Source: Dehalococcoidia bacterium
Lineage (GTDB): Bacteria; Chloroflexota; Dehalococcoidia; Bin125
Direction of reading: 5' to 3'
Length of the DNA: 64,000 nt
NCBI GenBank assembly: GCA_963663895.2
Contig: CAXXRD010000004.1
Coordinates: 32,001-96,000 of the forward strand
Below the pieces are notes generated by a model that made no database searches, had not been told where the DNA came from, and saw only the letters and a program-made list of their open reading frames with translations. Both the position numbers and the translations under genes were made by a program. This document shows, piece after piece, positions 31,053 to 40,826 of the stretch. How positions within the stretch are numbered: position 1 is the stretch's first letter; every line of letters starts with the position of its first letter.

Positions 31053-32315
31053 GTGCCGCGCAACCGCCCGCGCGTCGTGATCACGGGCATGGGCGCCATC
31101 AGCCCCCTGGGGATCAGCATCGACGCGTTCTGGGAGGCGTGTCTAGCAGGACGCAGCGGGATCGAACGGGTGCAAGGGTTCGATCCGTCGGACTTAGCGT
31201 GCCAGATCGCAGGCGAAGTGCGGAACTTCGTGCCCACGGATCACATGACCCGCAAGGACGCGCGGCGCATGGCGCGCTTCTCGCAATTCGCCGTCGCGGG
31301 AGCGGCCCAAGCCTTCGAAGACGCGGAACTGGACCTCGGCGCCGAGGACCGCACACGCATAGGGGTGCTGTTGGGCAACGGCATCGGCGGGCTTCCGAAC
31401 ATTCAGGCGGGCGTCTTACACATGCGGGAGCGGGGGGCGATGCGGCTCGACCCGCTCCTGATCCCGCGCGTCCTCCCGAACATGGCCGCCTCGAACGTCT
31501 CGATGCAATTCGGGCTGCTCGGGTATAACAGCACGATCGTGACGGCCTGCGCGGCGGGCACGCAAGCGATCGGCGAAGCGGCGGAGTTGATCCGCCGCGG
31601 GACGGCAGACGTCGTGGTCAGCGGCGGCACCGAGGCCGCCATGGTCGAGGTGATGGCGGGATCGTTCGCAGTGATGCGCGCGCTCAGCTCCCGCAACGAC
31701 GCCCCGCAGCGCGCCAGCCGTCCCTTCGACGCGGATCGGGATGGCTTCGTGCCTGCGGAGGGCGCTGGCATCCTCGTGCTCGAAAGCGAGGCGCACGCAC
31801 GGGCGCGCGGCGCTCGCATCCGCGCCGAGGTCGCCGGGTTCGGCGCGAGCGCGGACGCCTATCACTTGGTGGCTCCGGACGAGAGCGGCGACGGTCCCGT
31901 GCGTGCGGTGATCGCCGCCCTGCATGACGCGGGAATCGGCCCCGGCGAGATCGACTATGTCAATGCGCACGGCACATCGACACCGCTCAACGACGTCTCC
32001 GAAACCAGGGCGCTGAAGACCGCGTTGGGGAAAGACGCTTACCGGGTCGCGATTAGCGCGACGAAGTCGATGATCGGACACGGATTCGGAGCAGGGGGCG
32101 CACTGGAATCGATCGCGGCGGTGCGGTCGATCGAGGCGGGACACATCCACCCAACCGTGAACCTGGAGACGCCGGACCCGGCCTGCGACTTGGACTACGT
32201 CCCGGGCAGCGCGCGGGAGGCGAAGGTGGACGTGGTTCTCAAGAACTCTTTCGGCTTCGGCGGACAGAACGCCTGCCTCGTGCTGCGGCGCTACGAGGAA
32301 GAGCAGCGCCGCTAG
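31053..32315 (+). CDS. fabF: 3-oxoacyl-ACP synthase II
   Basis: VTACAAG, VNAHGTST, KSMIGH and NSFGFGGQN. Confidence 0.96.
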   Translation: MPRNRPRVVITGMGAISPLGISIDAFWEACLAGRSGIERVQGFDPSDLACQIAGEVRNFVPTDHMTRKDARRMARFSQFAVAGAAQAFEDAELDLGAEDRTRIGVLLGNGIGGLPNIQAGVLHMRERGAMRLDPLLIPRVLPNMAASNVSMQFGLLGYNSTIVTACAAGTQAIGEAAELIRRGTADVVVSGGTEAAMVEVMAGSFAVMRALSSRNDAPQRASRPFDADRDGFVPAEGAGILVLESEAHARARGARIRAEVAGFGASADAYHLVAPDESGDGPVRAVIAALHDAGIGPGEIDYVNAHGTSTPLNDVSETRALKTALGKDAYRVAISATKSMIGHGFGAGGALESIAAVRSIEAGHIHPTVNLETPDPACDLDYVPGSAREAKVDVVLKNSFGFGGQNACLVLRRYEEEQRR

Positions 32316-32328
32316 CGGCGTGGGAGCG

Positions 32329-32586
32329 CTAGGCGGAGATGGCGCGCGGGCGCACTTCGTTGGGCAAGAGCTCGCCGAGCACGCGCTCCATGGCCATGGA
32401 GTGGCAACAGGTTGCGTGGCTCCGGAAAAAGTGACAGTCGCAGGACCAAGCGCCGGCTGTGAGGGTGATCGTGTGGGTGCTGTTGTCGCCCCGCAGGCTA
32501 CATCTGAGCGAGTCGATCTTGATCCGATCCGGCTCGCTCGCGTACATCCGCGCTTTCTCGATCTTGCCGATCAGACTGCTATTCAT
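32329..32586 (-). CDS. Small SWIM-like zinc-finger protein
   Basis: WSCDCHFF...TCCHSMAM (CxC...CxH). Confidence 0.75.
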   Translation of the reverse strand: MNSSLIGKIEKARMYASEPDRIKIDSLRCSLRGDNSTHTITLTAGAWSCDCHFFRSHATCCHSMAMERVLGELLPNEVRPRAISA

Positions 32587-32627
32587 ACTCAGGCCCTCTC
32601 GACCGCGAAGACCGACCTCGCTGCACT

Positions 32628-32651
32628 AAAAAGACCGCCTGACCGGCGGCC
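32628..32651 (-). terminator. Intrinsic terminator-like hairpin with U-tract
   Basis: Minus strand reads GGCCGCC-GGTCA-GGCGGTC-TTTTT. Confidence 0.65.
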
Positions 32652-32774
32652 GCTGTGTTGCCACGCTACTCGAAAGCTGTTCGTATCAACGGGCGCCACC
32701 TCACGCTTCCGCTGTTTCTGCTTCCAATCTAGCACTCCGCTCTCGGACTCGTTCGAAATCTTTATGGAGCGACT

Positions 32775-33365
32775 TCATGGCGCGACACCCAAGGGGAATG
32801 CGCGGAGCGTCGTGTAGCGCGCGCCGTCGGGTCGCAGCTCGCTGCGAAGAAGCTGGATCTGCTCGACGGGCAGGACAAGCGGCGAGAGTGCCCCGATCCG
32901 CTGGACCAAGCCGACCAAGCAGGCCCGATCCTCGGCAGTGGCGCCGTCGGGGACGCGCGCCAGAGTCAGGTGGGGGCGGAAGTCCCGACGCTCGGATGGG
33001 AAACCGCGCGCCGCCAAGCGTGTATCGATCGCCCCCGCAAGCGTGGCTGTATCCGCGACGGCGCCTTCCAGCCCAGCCCAAAGCACCCGCGTCCGGCGTC
33101 CACCGAAGACGCCGCAGCCGCGAAGCCGCAGGGCGTGGCGCCGGCTCTCGGCGCAGATCTCCTCCAATTCCCGCTCGACGGCGCCGATGCGCGCCGGCGG
33201 GACCTCGCCGAGGAACTTCAACGTCAGATGGATCGCCTCGGCGCGGACCCAACGCAGGCGCGGCGCTCCACCCCGCTCGAAGCGACGGCGCGCGCGCTGG
33301 AGCTCCGCGCGCACCGCGGGCGGCACGGGCACGGCGGTGAAGAGCCGGACAGAATCGGTCGGCAT
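32775..33365 (-). CDS. thpR: RNA 2',3'-cyclic phosphodiesterase (2H phosphoesterase)
   Basis: RLFTAV, HLTLKFLG and FRPHLTLAR (two HxT motifs). ATG 33365. Confidence 0.92.
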   Translation of the reverse strand: MPTDSVRLFTAVPVPPAVRAELQRARRRFERGGAPRLRWVRAEAIHLTLKFLGEVPPARIGAVERELEEICAESRRHALRLRGCGVFGGRRTRVLWAGLEGAVADTATLAGAIDTRLAARGFPSERRDFRPHLTLARVPDGATAEDRACLVGLVQRIGALSPLVLPVEQIQLLRSELRPDGARYTTLRAFPLGVAP

Positions 33366-33488
33366 GGCGCGCGTGAGCCTAACGCAGGCGCGTCGAGCCT
33401 TATGCCGAGACGATGGGGCGGGCTCTGGCTGGCCTCCCCCGCCGCCGGTAGCATTGACGTGCCCCCGGTCCGGACAGTTGGAGTGCGC

Positions 33489-34319
33489 ATGACCGTCAGC
33501 ACCACGCCCGATCTCCAAGCGACGGCCCAGCGGATCCGCCGCCATATCGTGGAGATGACAGCAGCAGCCCAGTCCGGGCACCCCGGCGGATCGCTCTCGG
33601 CCGTGGAGATCCTGACGGCCCTGTATTTCGGAGGGGTGCTGCGCTACGACCCCGCCCGGCCCGACTGGCCCCAGCGGGACCGCTTCGTGCTGAGCAAAGG
33701 GCACGCCACCCCCGTGCTGTACGCCGTCCTGGCCGAGGCCGGTTACTTCAGCACTGATCTCCTGCCGACCTTCCGCAAGCTCGGCAGTCCGCTGCAGGGC
33801 CACACGGTGCGGGGCAAACCATCCGGCGTCGAGATGAGCGCCGGCGCCCTGGGGATGGGGCTCTCGTTCTGCATTGGGCAGGCGTTGGCGGCACGGCTGG
33901 ACGGGCGAGACAGCCGCTTGTACTGCCTGCTCGGCGACGGAGAGCTCAACGAGGGGCAGGTGTGGGAGGCGGCGCTGAGCGCGGCCCACTTCGAGACGGA
34001 CCGGATCACGGCGATCGTCGACCGCAACCATTTCCAGAACGACGGTCCGGAGGGCGAGATCCTGCGGCTCTGGGACGTGGCCGAAAAGTTCCGGGCGTTC
34101 GGCTGGCACGCGGTCCAGGTAGAGGACGGGCACGATCTCGACCAACTGCTGCCGGCCTTCGCGGAGACGGCGGCGGTCAGGGGGCGGCCGCAGGTCATCA
34201 TCGCCGAAACGACGAAGGGCAAGGGCGTGTCCTACATGGAAGCGAACCCCGCCGCCTGGCACGGTAAAGGCCCGTCGCCCGAGCAACTCGCGCAGGCGCT
34301 GGAGGAGATCGGCCCGTGA
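33489..34319 (+). CDS. Transketolase, N-terminal subunit
   Basis: SGHPGGSLS, RDRFVLSKGH and GDGELNEGQVWEA (TPP motif). Confidence 0.93.
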   Translation: MTVSTTPDLQATAQRIRRHIVEMTAAAQSGHPGGSLSAVEILTALYFGGVLRYDPARPDWPQRDRFVLSKGHATPVLYAVLAEAGYFSTDLLPTFRKLGSPLQGHTVRGKPSGVEMSAGALGMGLSFCIGQALAARLDGRDSRLYCLLGDGELNEGQVWEAALSAAHFETDRITAIVDRNHFQNDGPEGEILRLWDVAEKFRAFGWHAVQVEDGHDLDQLLPAFAETAAVRGRPQVIIAETTKGKGVSYMEANPAAWHGKGPSPEQLAQALEEIGP

Positions 34320-35269
34320 CGCCGGCGGCGGCGCGGGTCGCAGCGACGCGCGAGGCGTTCGGCCCCACCTTGATCCGGCTGGCCGAGGCCGGCCACGACA
34401 TCGTCACGCTTGAGGCGGATCTGTCGGCGTCGACGGGCGGGCGGCAGCTGAAGGCGGCATTCCCAGAGCGTTGGTACACGGTCGGCGCCTCGGAAGCGAA
34501 CATGATCAGCATGGCGGCGGGCCTGGCCGCGGACGGCAAGACCGTCTTTGCGGCCTCCTTCGCCGTGTTCGTTCCCGGCCACTGCTTCGATCAAGTGCGC
34601 ATGAGCGTGGCGCAGCCTGGGCTCAACGTGAAGCTCGTCGCCAGTCACGGCGGCGTCAGCGTGGGCGAGGACGGGGCGTCGGCGCAGGCGATTGAGGATC
34701 TGTCGCTCGCGACGGCGCTGCCGGGGATGACGTCCGTCGTACCGGCCGACGTCGTGGAGGCGGCGCAGGCGATCTGGACCGCCGGTACCACGGCGGGGCC
34801 CTTCTACATCCGGTTGGGGCGGCCCAAGGTGCCCGTGGTCTACGGGGACGAGTACCGCTTCGCTCTCGGCCGCGCCCACCGCTTGCGCGAAGGAGGGGAT
34901 GCGACCGTGATCGCGTGCGGCCACTTGGTTGCGGCGGCGCTGGAGGCCGCCGAGCGCCTCGCCGCGGGGGGCGTGTCCGTGCGCGTGCTCAACATGGCGA
35001 CCATCACCCCGCTCGATGAAGAGGCCGTCATCTCCGCGGCGCGGGAGACCGGCGCGATCGTGACCGCCGAAGAGCACCTAGTGCAGGGCGGGCTCGGGGC
35101 GGCGGTCACGCGTGCGCTGGCCGCGACCTACCCCACGCCGGTGGAGCAGGTGGGCGTACGAGACCGCTATGGAGAATCGGGCCGGTGGGACCAGTTGCTC
35201 GAGCGGTTCGGCCTGGATGCAGGCGGGGTCGAGGAGGCCGTTCAGCGCGTCCTGCAGCGCAAGATCTGA
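34316..35269 (+). CDS. Transketolase, C-terminal subunit
   Basis: ADLSAST, GASEANM, GEDGASAQAIED and TAEEH. Coupled by a GTGA overlap. Confidence 0.93.
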   Translation: MTPAAARVAATREAFGPTLIRLAEAGHDIVTLEADLSASTGGRQLKAAFPERWYTVGASEANMISMAAGLAADGKTVFAASFAVFVPGHCFDQVRMSVAQPGLNVKLVASHGGVSVGEDGASAQAIEDLSLATALPGMTSVVPADVVEAAQAIWTAGTTAGPFYIRLGRPKVPVVYGDEYRFALGRAHRLREGGDATVIACGHLVAAALEAAERLAAGGVSVRVLNMATITPLDEEAVISAARETGAIVTAEEHLVQGGLGAAVTRALAATYPTPVEQVGVRDRYGESGRWDQLLERFGLDAGGVEEAVQRVLQRKI

Positions 35270-35279
35270 CGAGCAACGG

Positions 35280-35987
35280 CTAGGCGCCGAGCGCGAGCAG
35301 GGCCGGGAGCTCGTTCAAGCTCCGTACGACGGCGGTCGCTCGGCAGTCGGAGCGGGCCGCTCTTTCCCTACTCACGTTCAGCCAGATCGCGCCCATCTCC
35401 ACGCCGAGAGCTCCCACGACATCCTGCTCGAAGTTGTTGCCGACGTGCACGGCCTCGTCGGGGCGGACGTCCAGCGACCGCAGCGCGGCCTGGAAAATCG
35501 CCGGCGCGGGCTTCGCCACTCCCAGGTCGCCGGAGATGGTCAGCGCGCGGAAGTAGCCATCGAGTCCGCCGCGCCGCAGCTTGGCGCGCTGCTCCGTCCC
35601 CGACCCGTTGCTGATGAGTCCGATCGGGAGCCGCCGAGAGAGCAGCGCCAGCGTCTGCCGCGCCCCCGGCATCAGCGCCAGGTGCTCGATGCGCGCCGCG
35701 GCGTAGGCATCCGCGATCCGAGCCGCCGCGGCCATGTGCAGCCCAAGCGCACGCAGCACGTCCGCCATGAGCGCTTCACGCGACCAGATCCCCGGCCACT
35801 GGCCGCCGTGCCGCGCAAAGGTGCGGTCCACCACCAACTGGACGGCCGCGTCGAAGGCCTCGTCCGGCACGTCGTAGCCAAGCGCGCGGAGCGCCTCGGC
35901 AGCGGCGGCGCGCGCCGCTTGAACGCCGGCGCGCTCATCGACCAGGGTGCCGTCGAGGTCGAAAAAGACCACGCGGTAGCGGGACAT
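35280..35987 (-). CDS. HAD-superfamily hydrolase
   Basis: FFDLDGTL, ISNG, KPAPAIF and HVGN...D. Confidence 0.9.
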   Translation of the reverse strand: MSRYRVVFFDLDGTLVDERAGVQAARAAAAEALRALGYDVPDEAFDAAVQLVVDRTFARHGGQWPGIWSREALMADVLRALGLHMAAAARIADAYAAARIEHLALMPGARQTLALLSRRLPIGLISNGSGTEQRAKLRRGGLDGYFRALTISGDLGVAKPAPAIFQAALRSLDVRPDEAVHVGNNFEQDVVGALGVEMGAIWLNVSRERAARSDCRATAVVRSLNELPALLALGA

Positions 35988-35992
35988 GCGCG

Positions 35993-36427
35993 CTACGACT
36001 CGCCCTCGGCCTCGCGCGCCGCCTCAGCCTCTTCCAACTCGTCCTGGTAGATCTCATAGGGCCAAATGGGCCAGTCGGCGAACTGATCGGGCGGGTCTTC
36101 GGTGGGCCCTTCAGGATGCTCCACATCCGGCTCGTGATCGGGCACATAGGTCTGCATGGGCTCGGCCTTGAACTCGATTCCGTCTTCGTGCGTCACGAGA
36201 CGGGAGAGCGCATAGCCGATCCAAGCCAGACAGCCGCACTCTACCCGGAACGAGAGCGCGAAGCGGCGGCGGCCGACAGCCTCGTTCCGAACGAAATCAT
36301 GGAACTCGCCGAGCTCCTCGGCCGGCAGTGCCTCCTCCACGCGGCCGGCGAAGAACGCTTCCAGGACGTCGGAGGCGTCGCCGGCCGGCTCGTCGCGCGG
36401 GGACGGTTGGGTTTCGACCTCTGTCAT
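35993..36427 (-). CDS. Hypothetical acidic protein
   Basis: In operon orientation with short spacers. Confidence 0.65.
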   Translation of the reverse strand: MTEVETQPSPRDEPAGDASDVLEAFFAGRVEEALPAEELGEFHDFVRNEAVGRRRFALSFRVECGCLAWIGYALSRLVTHEDGIEFKAEPMQTYVPDHEPDVEHPEGPTEDPPDQFADWPIWPYEIYQDELEEAEAAREAEGES

Positions 36428-36430
36428 GGA

Positions 36431-36748
36431 TCAGCTCTCTGCGCCGCCGGCCAAGTCGTCAGCATTGCCCATCCCTTCCTCGTCCGAGTAGACGCCCAAC
36501 TCGGAGCCGCTCCAGACCGTCACCACGAAATCGTCGCGAAACGGCTCGGCGGTACGGACGATCTTATCGTCGATATCCGCGATCACATCCTGGATGTCAA
36601 CGTCACTCCAGTCCGGGGGCACGCAGAGGGTGCCATACACGATCGCGGGCGTGAAGTGAAGGTCCACGCGCGCGGCGCTGCCAGCCTCGTTTTCAATGAC
36701 GAAACACTCCGATTGGGGCGTGCGGCTCTCGCGCTCATACTGGAACAT
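36431..36748 (-). CDS. Hypothetical protein
   Basis: GAGGG RBS after the proA stop; protein-like composition. Confidence 0.7.
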   Translation of the reverse strand: MFQYERESRTPQSECFVIENEAGSAARVDLHFTPAIVYGTLCVPPDWSDVDIQDVIADIDDKIVRTAEPFRDDFVVTVWSGSELGVYSDEEGMGNADDLAGGAES

Positions 36749-36757
36749 GACGTCCCT

Positions 36758-38032
36758 CTAGCTGGGACGAACCTGGCCGTCGCCGCGCACGACCCATTTG
36801 TACGAGGTCAGCTCGCGCAGCCCCATGGGCCCGCGGGCGTGCATCTTTTGGGTGCTAATGCCGATCTCGGCGCCCAAGCCGAACTGCCCGCCGTCGGTGA
36901 ACTGGGTGGAGGCGTTCACATAGACCGCCGCAGCGTCGACCTCCCGCAGGAAGCGCTCGCCCAGCGCAGCGTCCGCGGTGCAGATCGCCTCCGAGTGGCC
37001 GGAGCCATGAACGGCGATGTGCTTCAGCGCCTCGTCGGCGCCGTCCACGACGCGCACCGCCGCGACGGGTCCCAGGAACTCGGTATCGAAGTCGTCGGGG
37101 CCGGCCGCGACCGTGTTCGCCCCCGTCTCTTCCAGGATCGTCAGCGCTTCCCTGTCGGCACGGAACTGGATGTCCTTGTCCGTCCAGCGGGCAGCCAGCC
37201 TCCGCAGAAAGGGCGCGGCAATCTCGCGATGGACGATGAGGGAATCCATCGCGTTGCAGATCGACATGCGGCGGGTCTTGGCGTTGTCCACGATATCGAG
37301 GGCCGCGCCCGCATCGACGGTCGCGTCCACGTAGACGTGGCAGATGCCGACGCCGCCGGCCACGACCGGCATTTTGGCCTCGTCGCGCACGCGCCGGATC
37401 AGATCGGCACCGCCGCGCGGCACCATCAGGTCGATCAGGTCGCTCATCTGGAGCAGCTCGCCGACGAAGGTCCTGTCCGTACTATCGATGAACTGCAGGG
37501 AAGCGTCCGGCAAGGCGGCGGCGCGCAAGGCCTCGCGGCAGATCCCTGCCAGCACGCGGTTGCTGCGGAGCGCTTCCTTGCCGCCTCGCAGCACACAGGC
37601 GTTGCCGCTCTTGAGGCAAAGCGCCGAGATATCGATCGTGACGTTGGGACGGCTCTCGAAGATGGCGCCGATCACGCCCAAGGGCACGCGCACTCGCTGG
37701 ATCCGCAAGCCGTTGGGCATGACGTGCTGCGCGATGGTCTCGCCTACCGGATCGTCCAGCGCGGCGATGCGACGCACGTCCTCCGCTTGCGCCGCCAAGC
37801 GCTCCTCAGTGAGCAGGAGGCGATCGAGGAAGGCAGCGCTGATTCCCGCCTCCTCCGCGTCGCGCATGTCCTGCGCGTTGGCGGCGAGGACCGCTTCGCA
37901 CCGCTGCCGCAGGCCCGCGGCGATACCCTCCAGGGCAGCGTTCTTGGCGGCGCTTCCCGTATAGGCCAGCACGCGGCTGGCGGCGCGCGCGGCTTCCGCT
38001 TGCGCCCGGACGGTACCGAGCGAAGCAGTCAT
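36758..38032 (-). CDS. proA: Gamma-glutamyl phosphate reductase
   Basis: PLGVIGAIFESRPNVT, SICNA and IGISTQKMHARGPMGL. Confidence 0.97.
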   Translation of the reverse strand: MTASLGTVRAQAEAARAASRVLAYTGSAAKNAALEGIAAGLRQRCEAVLAANAQDMRDAEEAGISAAFLDRLLLTEERLAAQAEDVRRIAALDDPVGETIAQHVMPNGLRIQRVRVPLGVIGAIFESRPNVTIDISALCLKSGNACVLRGGKEALRSNRVLAGICREALRAAALPDASLQFIDSTDRTFVGELLQMSDLIDLMVPRGGADLIRRVRDEAKMPVVAGGVGICHVYVDATVDAGAALDIVDNAKTRRMSICNAMDSLIVHREIAAPFLRRLAARWTDKDIQFRADREALTILEETGANTVAAGPDDFDTEFLGPVAAVRVVDGADEALKHIAVHGSGHSEAICTADAALGERFLREVDAAAVYVNASTQFTDGGQFGLGAEIGISTQKMHARGPMGLRELTSYKWVVRGDGQVRPS

Positions 38033-38361
38033 CGATTCCGACCCTTGGCCGCGATCTCGGGGGGGTCGCCCTCGCCCAGGAAGAGATACTCGTCGCTGGT
38101 GATGCCGAAGCGTTGGCCGGCGCCCTGCACGACCTGGATGGGGAAGAAATCGGAGCGATCGAGGGGACGCAGCTGGTACGGCCCGTGCAGCACGGAGGCC
38201 GGCGCCGTGAGCGAAGAGATCTTGCCGGACCAGCGATGCTCCCGGACACGGCCGTTGATGCTGGTTTCGATCTCCATATGCACGTAGCCCTCCGTCACCG
38301 GCCTCCCCCTCTTGGTGAGCACCAGCGCTGCGAACTCGCGCCGGCGACGCATGGTTGTCAT
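38029..38361 (-). CDS. Hypothetical protein between proB and proA
   Basis: Stop overlaps the proA start (ATGA). Candidate -10 TACACT upstream. Confidence 0.6.
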   Translation of the reverse strand: MTTMRRRREFAALVLTKRGRPVTEGYVHMEIETSINGRVREHRWSGKISSLTAPASVLHGPYQLRPLDRSDFFPIQVVQGAGQRFGITSDEYLFLGEGDPPEIAAKGRNR

Positions 38362-38423
38362 TTGCTGATCGCTCGCCCGTTCGTCAGCAGTGTAGCCGGG
38401 CCGGCAGAACCTTAAGCCGGAGG

Positions 38424-39574
38424 CTAGAGCAAGACCAGATTGTCGCGATGGATCATCTCGTCCCTGTAGTGGTAGCCCAGTAACTCCTCGATCCGATCCG
38501 AGCGCCGCCCCCGGATCTGCGACGCCTCATCGGCGCCGTAGTTGCTGATGCCGACCGCGAGCCGCTCCCCGCCCGCGCCCTCCACGGCCACGATGTCGCC
38601 GCGCTCGAAGTCGCCGCGCACTTCGACGACGCCGACGGGCAGCAGGCTGCCGCTGTTGTGGCACAGCGCCCGTACGGCACCCTCGTCGATCACGAGGCGG
38701 CCAGCGCCCGCACCCAATCCGGAAAGCAGCCAGCGCTTGCGGCTCTCCGTGTGCGTGGACCCCGGCCAGAAACGCGTCCCCAGCGCTTCCCCGCCGACAA
38801 TGCGCTGGAGCGCGTCCGGCTCGCGGCCGTTGGCGACCACCACGGTGGTGCCGGTCCCGGTCGCCAGGCGCGCGGCTTCGACCTTGGCGCGCATGCCGCC
38901 GCGGCCGCCGCGGCCCGGCGGCCCGGCGTAGTCCGCCACCGCATCGACATCCTCGACATCGCGGACCAGCTCAGCTTGCGGATCGGTGCGGGGGTCGCTG
39001 CGGAAAAGGCCGTCCACGTCGCTGAGGATGACCAGCAGATCGGCGTCGATCAGGTTGGCGACCAGCGCGGAGAGGCTGTCGTTCTCGCCGAAGGCACCGC
39101 CGCGGAGCTCTTCATCCGCGACGACATCGTTCTCGTTGATGATCGGCACGACGCCGAGGCGCAGGAGCGCATCGATGGTATTGCGCGCGTTCAGGTAGCC
39201 GCCACGTTGGGCCAGGTCGGCGCGGGTGAGGAGCGCCTGTGCCGCCATGAGGCCGTGCTCGTGCAGGAGGGTGTCGTAGCGCTCCACCAAGCGGCTCTGG
39301 CCGATCGCCGCAAGCACTTGACGGTCCGCGATGTCCCGCTGCAGGTGAGGGACGGCCAGGCGATCGCGACCAAGCGCCACGGCGCCGCTCGTGACGACCG
39401 CCACCTGCGCGCCATCCGTTGCCAGCGCCGCCACCTGGCGCACCAAGTCAGCCAGCACGGCCGCATCCAGCTGCCCACCGTCCGAGGTCAACAGCTTGCT
39501 GCCGAACTTCGCCACGATCCGCAGGCTTCCGCCTTCCCCCCCCTGACAGCGCCTTGCGCGTCGGTCCCGGCCAT
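38424..39574 (-). CDS. proB: Glutamate 5-kinase (apparent 1-nt frameshift near the 5' end; in-frame portion 38424-39515)
   Basis: AKFGS, TSGAV, PIINEND, FGENDSLSA, GGMRAK and a C-terminal PUA domain. The RBS-preceded ATG 39574 is out of frame across a G8 run. Confidence 0.92.
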
Positions 39575-39686
39575 AGGTCTCGCCTCGGTGATCCCTTCGC
39601 GATCACTGTAGAGCAGCGATTCGCCACAGCATGGCGTCTAGACAACGCTCGGCCGGACGCCGCGCCGCGACCGATACCATTGCAGG

Positions 39687-40814
39687 ATGCGAGAGCGCTG
39701 GCTCTACTGGCGGCACTGGTGGGCGGTCCACCTGCGATGGTGGTGGAGCGACGCCACACTGCTCGTGCGGCGCAGCGTGCAGGAGTTCCTGGACGACCGC
39801 TGCACCTATCTGGCGGCCGGTATCTCCTATTACGCGCTGTTCTCCATCTTTCCGTTCGTGATCCTGTTCGTCTCAATCAGCGGCCTGGTCTTGCAAAACG
39901 AGGGGTTGCGCGAGGAGCTGATCGCCGAACTCACGGAGGCGCTCCCCTTATCGGAGGATGAAGGGCGCGACAACATCGAGGAGCTTGTCGATGGCGTCGC
40001 AACGAGTCTCTCGGCCCTCGGCCTGCTGAGCGTGATTGCGCTGATCTGGTCGGCGTCGGGAATGATGGGCGCGATCCGGCGGGCGCTGAACGAAGCGTGG
40101 GACACCGAGTTCCGCCGCCCCTTCCTGCAGGCCAAGCTGTTGGACCTCGCGATGATCATCGGCTTGGGCGTCCTCGTCATGCTGTCGATGGGCGCGACCC
40201 TCTTCTTGCAAGTCGCGCGGCGCGCGAGCGAGAGTCTGTCCGACGCCCTCGGTCCGGCAGGAGCAGGAGCCGCGATCGGCTTCGAGGTGCTGGCGGTCCT
40301 GGTGCCGCTGCTGCTCTCCTTCGGCGTCTTCTTGACGCTCTATACCGTGGTCCCGGCGGTGCAGACGCACTTCCGCCACGTCTGGCCGGGCGCGCTGATG
40401 GCCGCGGTTGGGTTCGAGGTAGTCAAGAACGCGTTCGCGATCTACCTGGCCACCTTCGGCAATTACGATGCCGTCTACGGATCGCTGGGCGCCGTGACGG
40501 CCTTCCTGTTCTTCGTCTTCCTCAGCGCCAACATCATGCTGTTCGGGGCCGAGCTGGCGGCGGAATGGCCACGAGTGATCCACGGGCACTACGACGCGAC
40601 GCTCGACCGTCCGCCCGGCGGCTCGACCCGCAAGCAGCTCGTGGCGGCGGCCAAGGGCCTCTTCGTGGCTTCCTCACCGATGCCGAAGCATGTGGAGGCA
40701 GAGGCCGGAACGGCGCGCAAACAGCAGAAGGCCGAGCACGTGGAGCGGGAGCTGGCCCGCCGCCGGGGACCGAGCGCTCGGGTGGACCCCGAGGCCGGGC
40801 GCGACGCGGACTAG
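39687..40814 (+). CDS. YihY/virulence factor BrkB family membrane protein
   Basis: LAAGISYYALFSIFP, YDAVYGSLG and LFGAE; multiple TM segments. Confidence 0.9.
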   Translation: MRERWLYWRHWWAVHLRWWWSDATLLVRRSVQEFLDDRCTYLAAGISYYALFSIFPFVILFVSISGLVLQNEGLREELIAELTEALPLSEDEGRDNIEELVDGVATSLSALGLLSVIALIWSASGMMGAIRRALNEAWDTEFRRPFLQAKLLDLAMIIGLGVLVMLSMGATLFLQVARRASESLSDALGPAGAGAAIGFEVLAVLVPLLLSFGVFLTLYTVVPAVQTHFRHVWPGALMAAVGFEVVKNAFAIYLATFGNYDAVYGSLGAVTAFLFFVFLSANIMLFGAELAAEWPRVIHGHYDATLDRPPGGSTRKQLVAAAKGLFVASSPMPKHVEAEAGTARKQQKAEHVERELARRRGPSARVDPEAGRDAD

Positions 40815-40826
40815 TACGGCCCCTGC

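Noticed and set aside
32730-32738. Second CIRCE (TAGCACTC half-site)
   Set aside because: No matching second half at 9-bp spacing; better explained as an extended -10 on the minus strand.
33489-35269. Transketolase split into two ORFs (possible frameshift)
   Set aside because: Two-subunit transketolases are a common natural arrangement, and there is a clean GTGA overlap.
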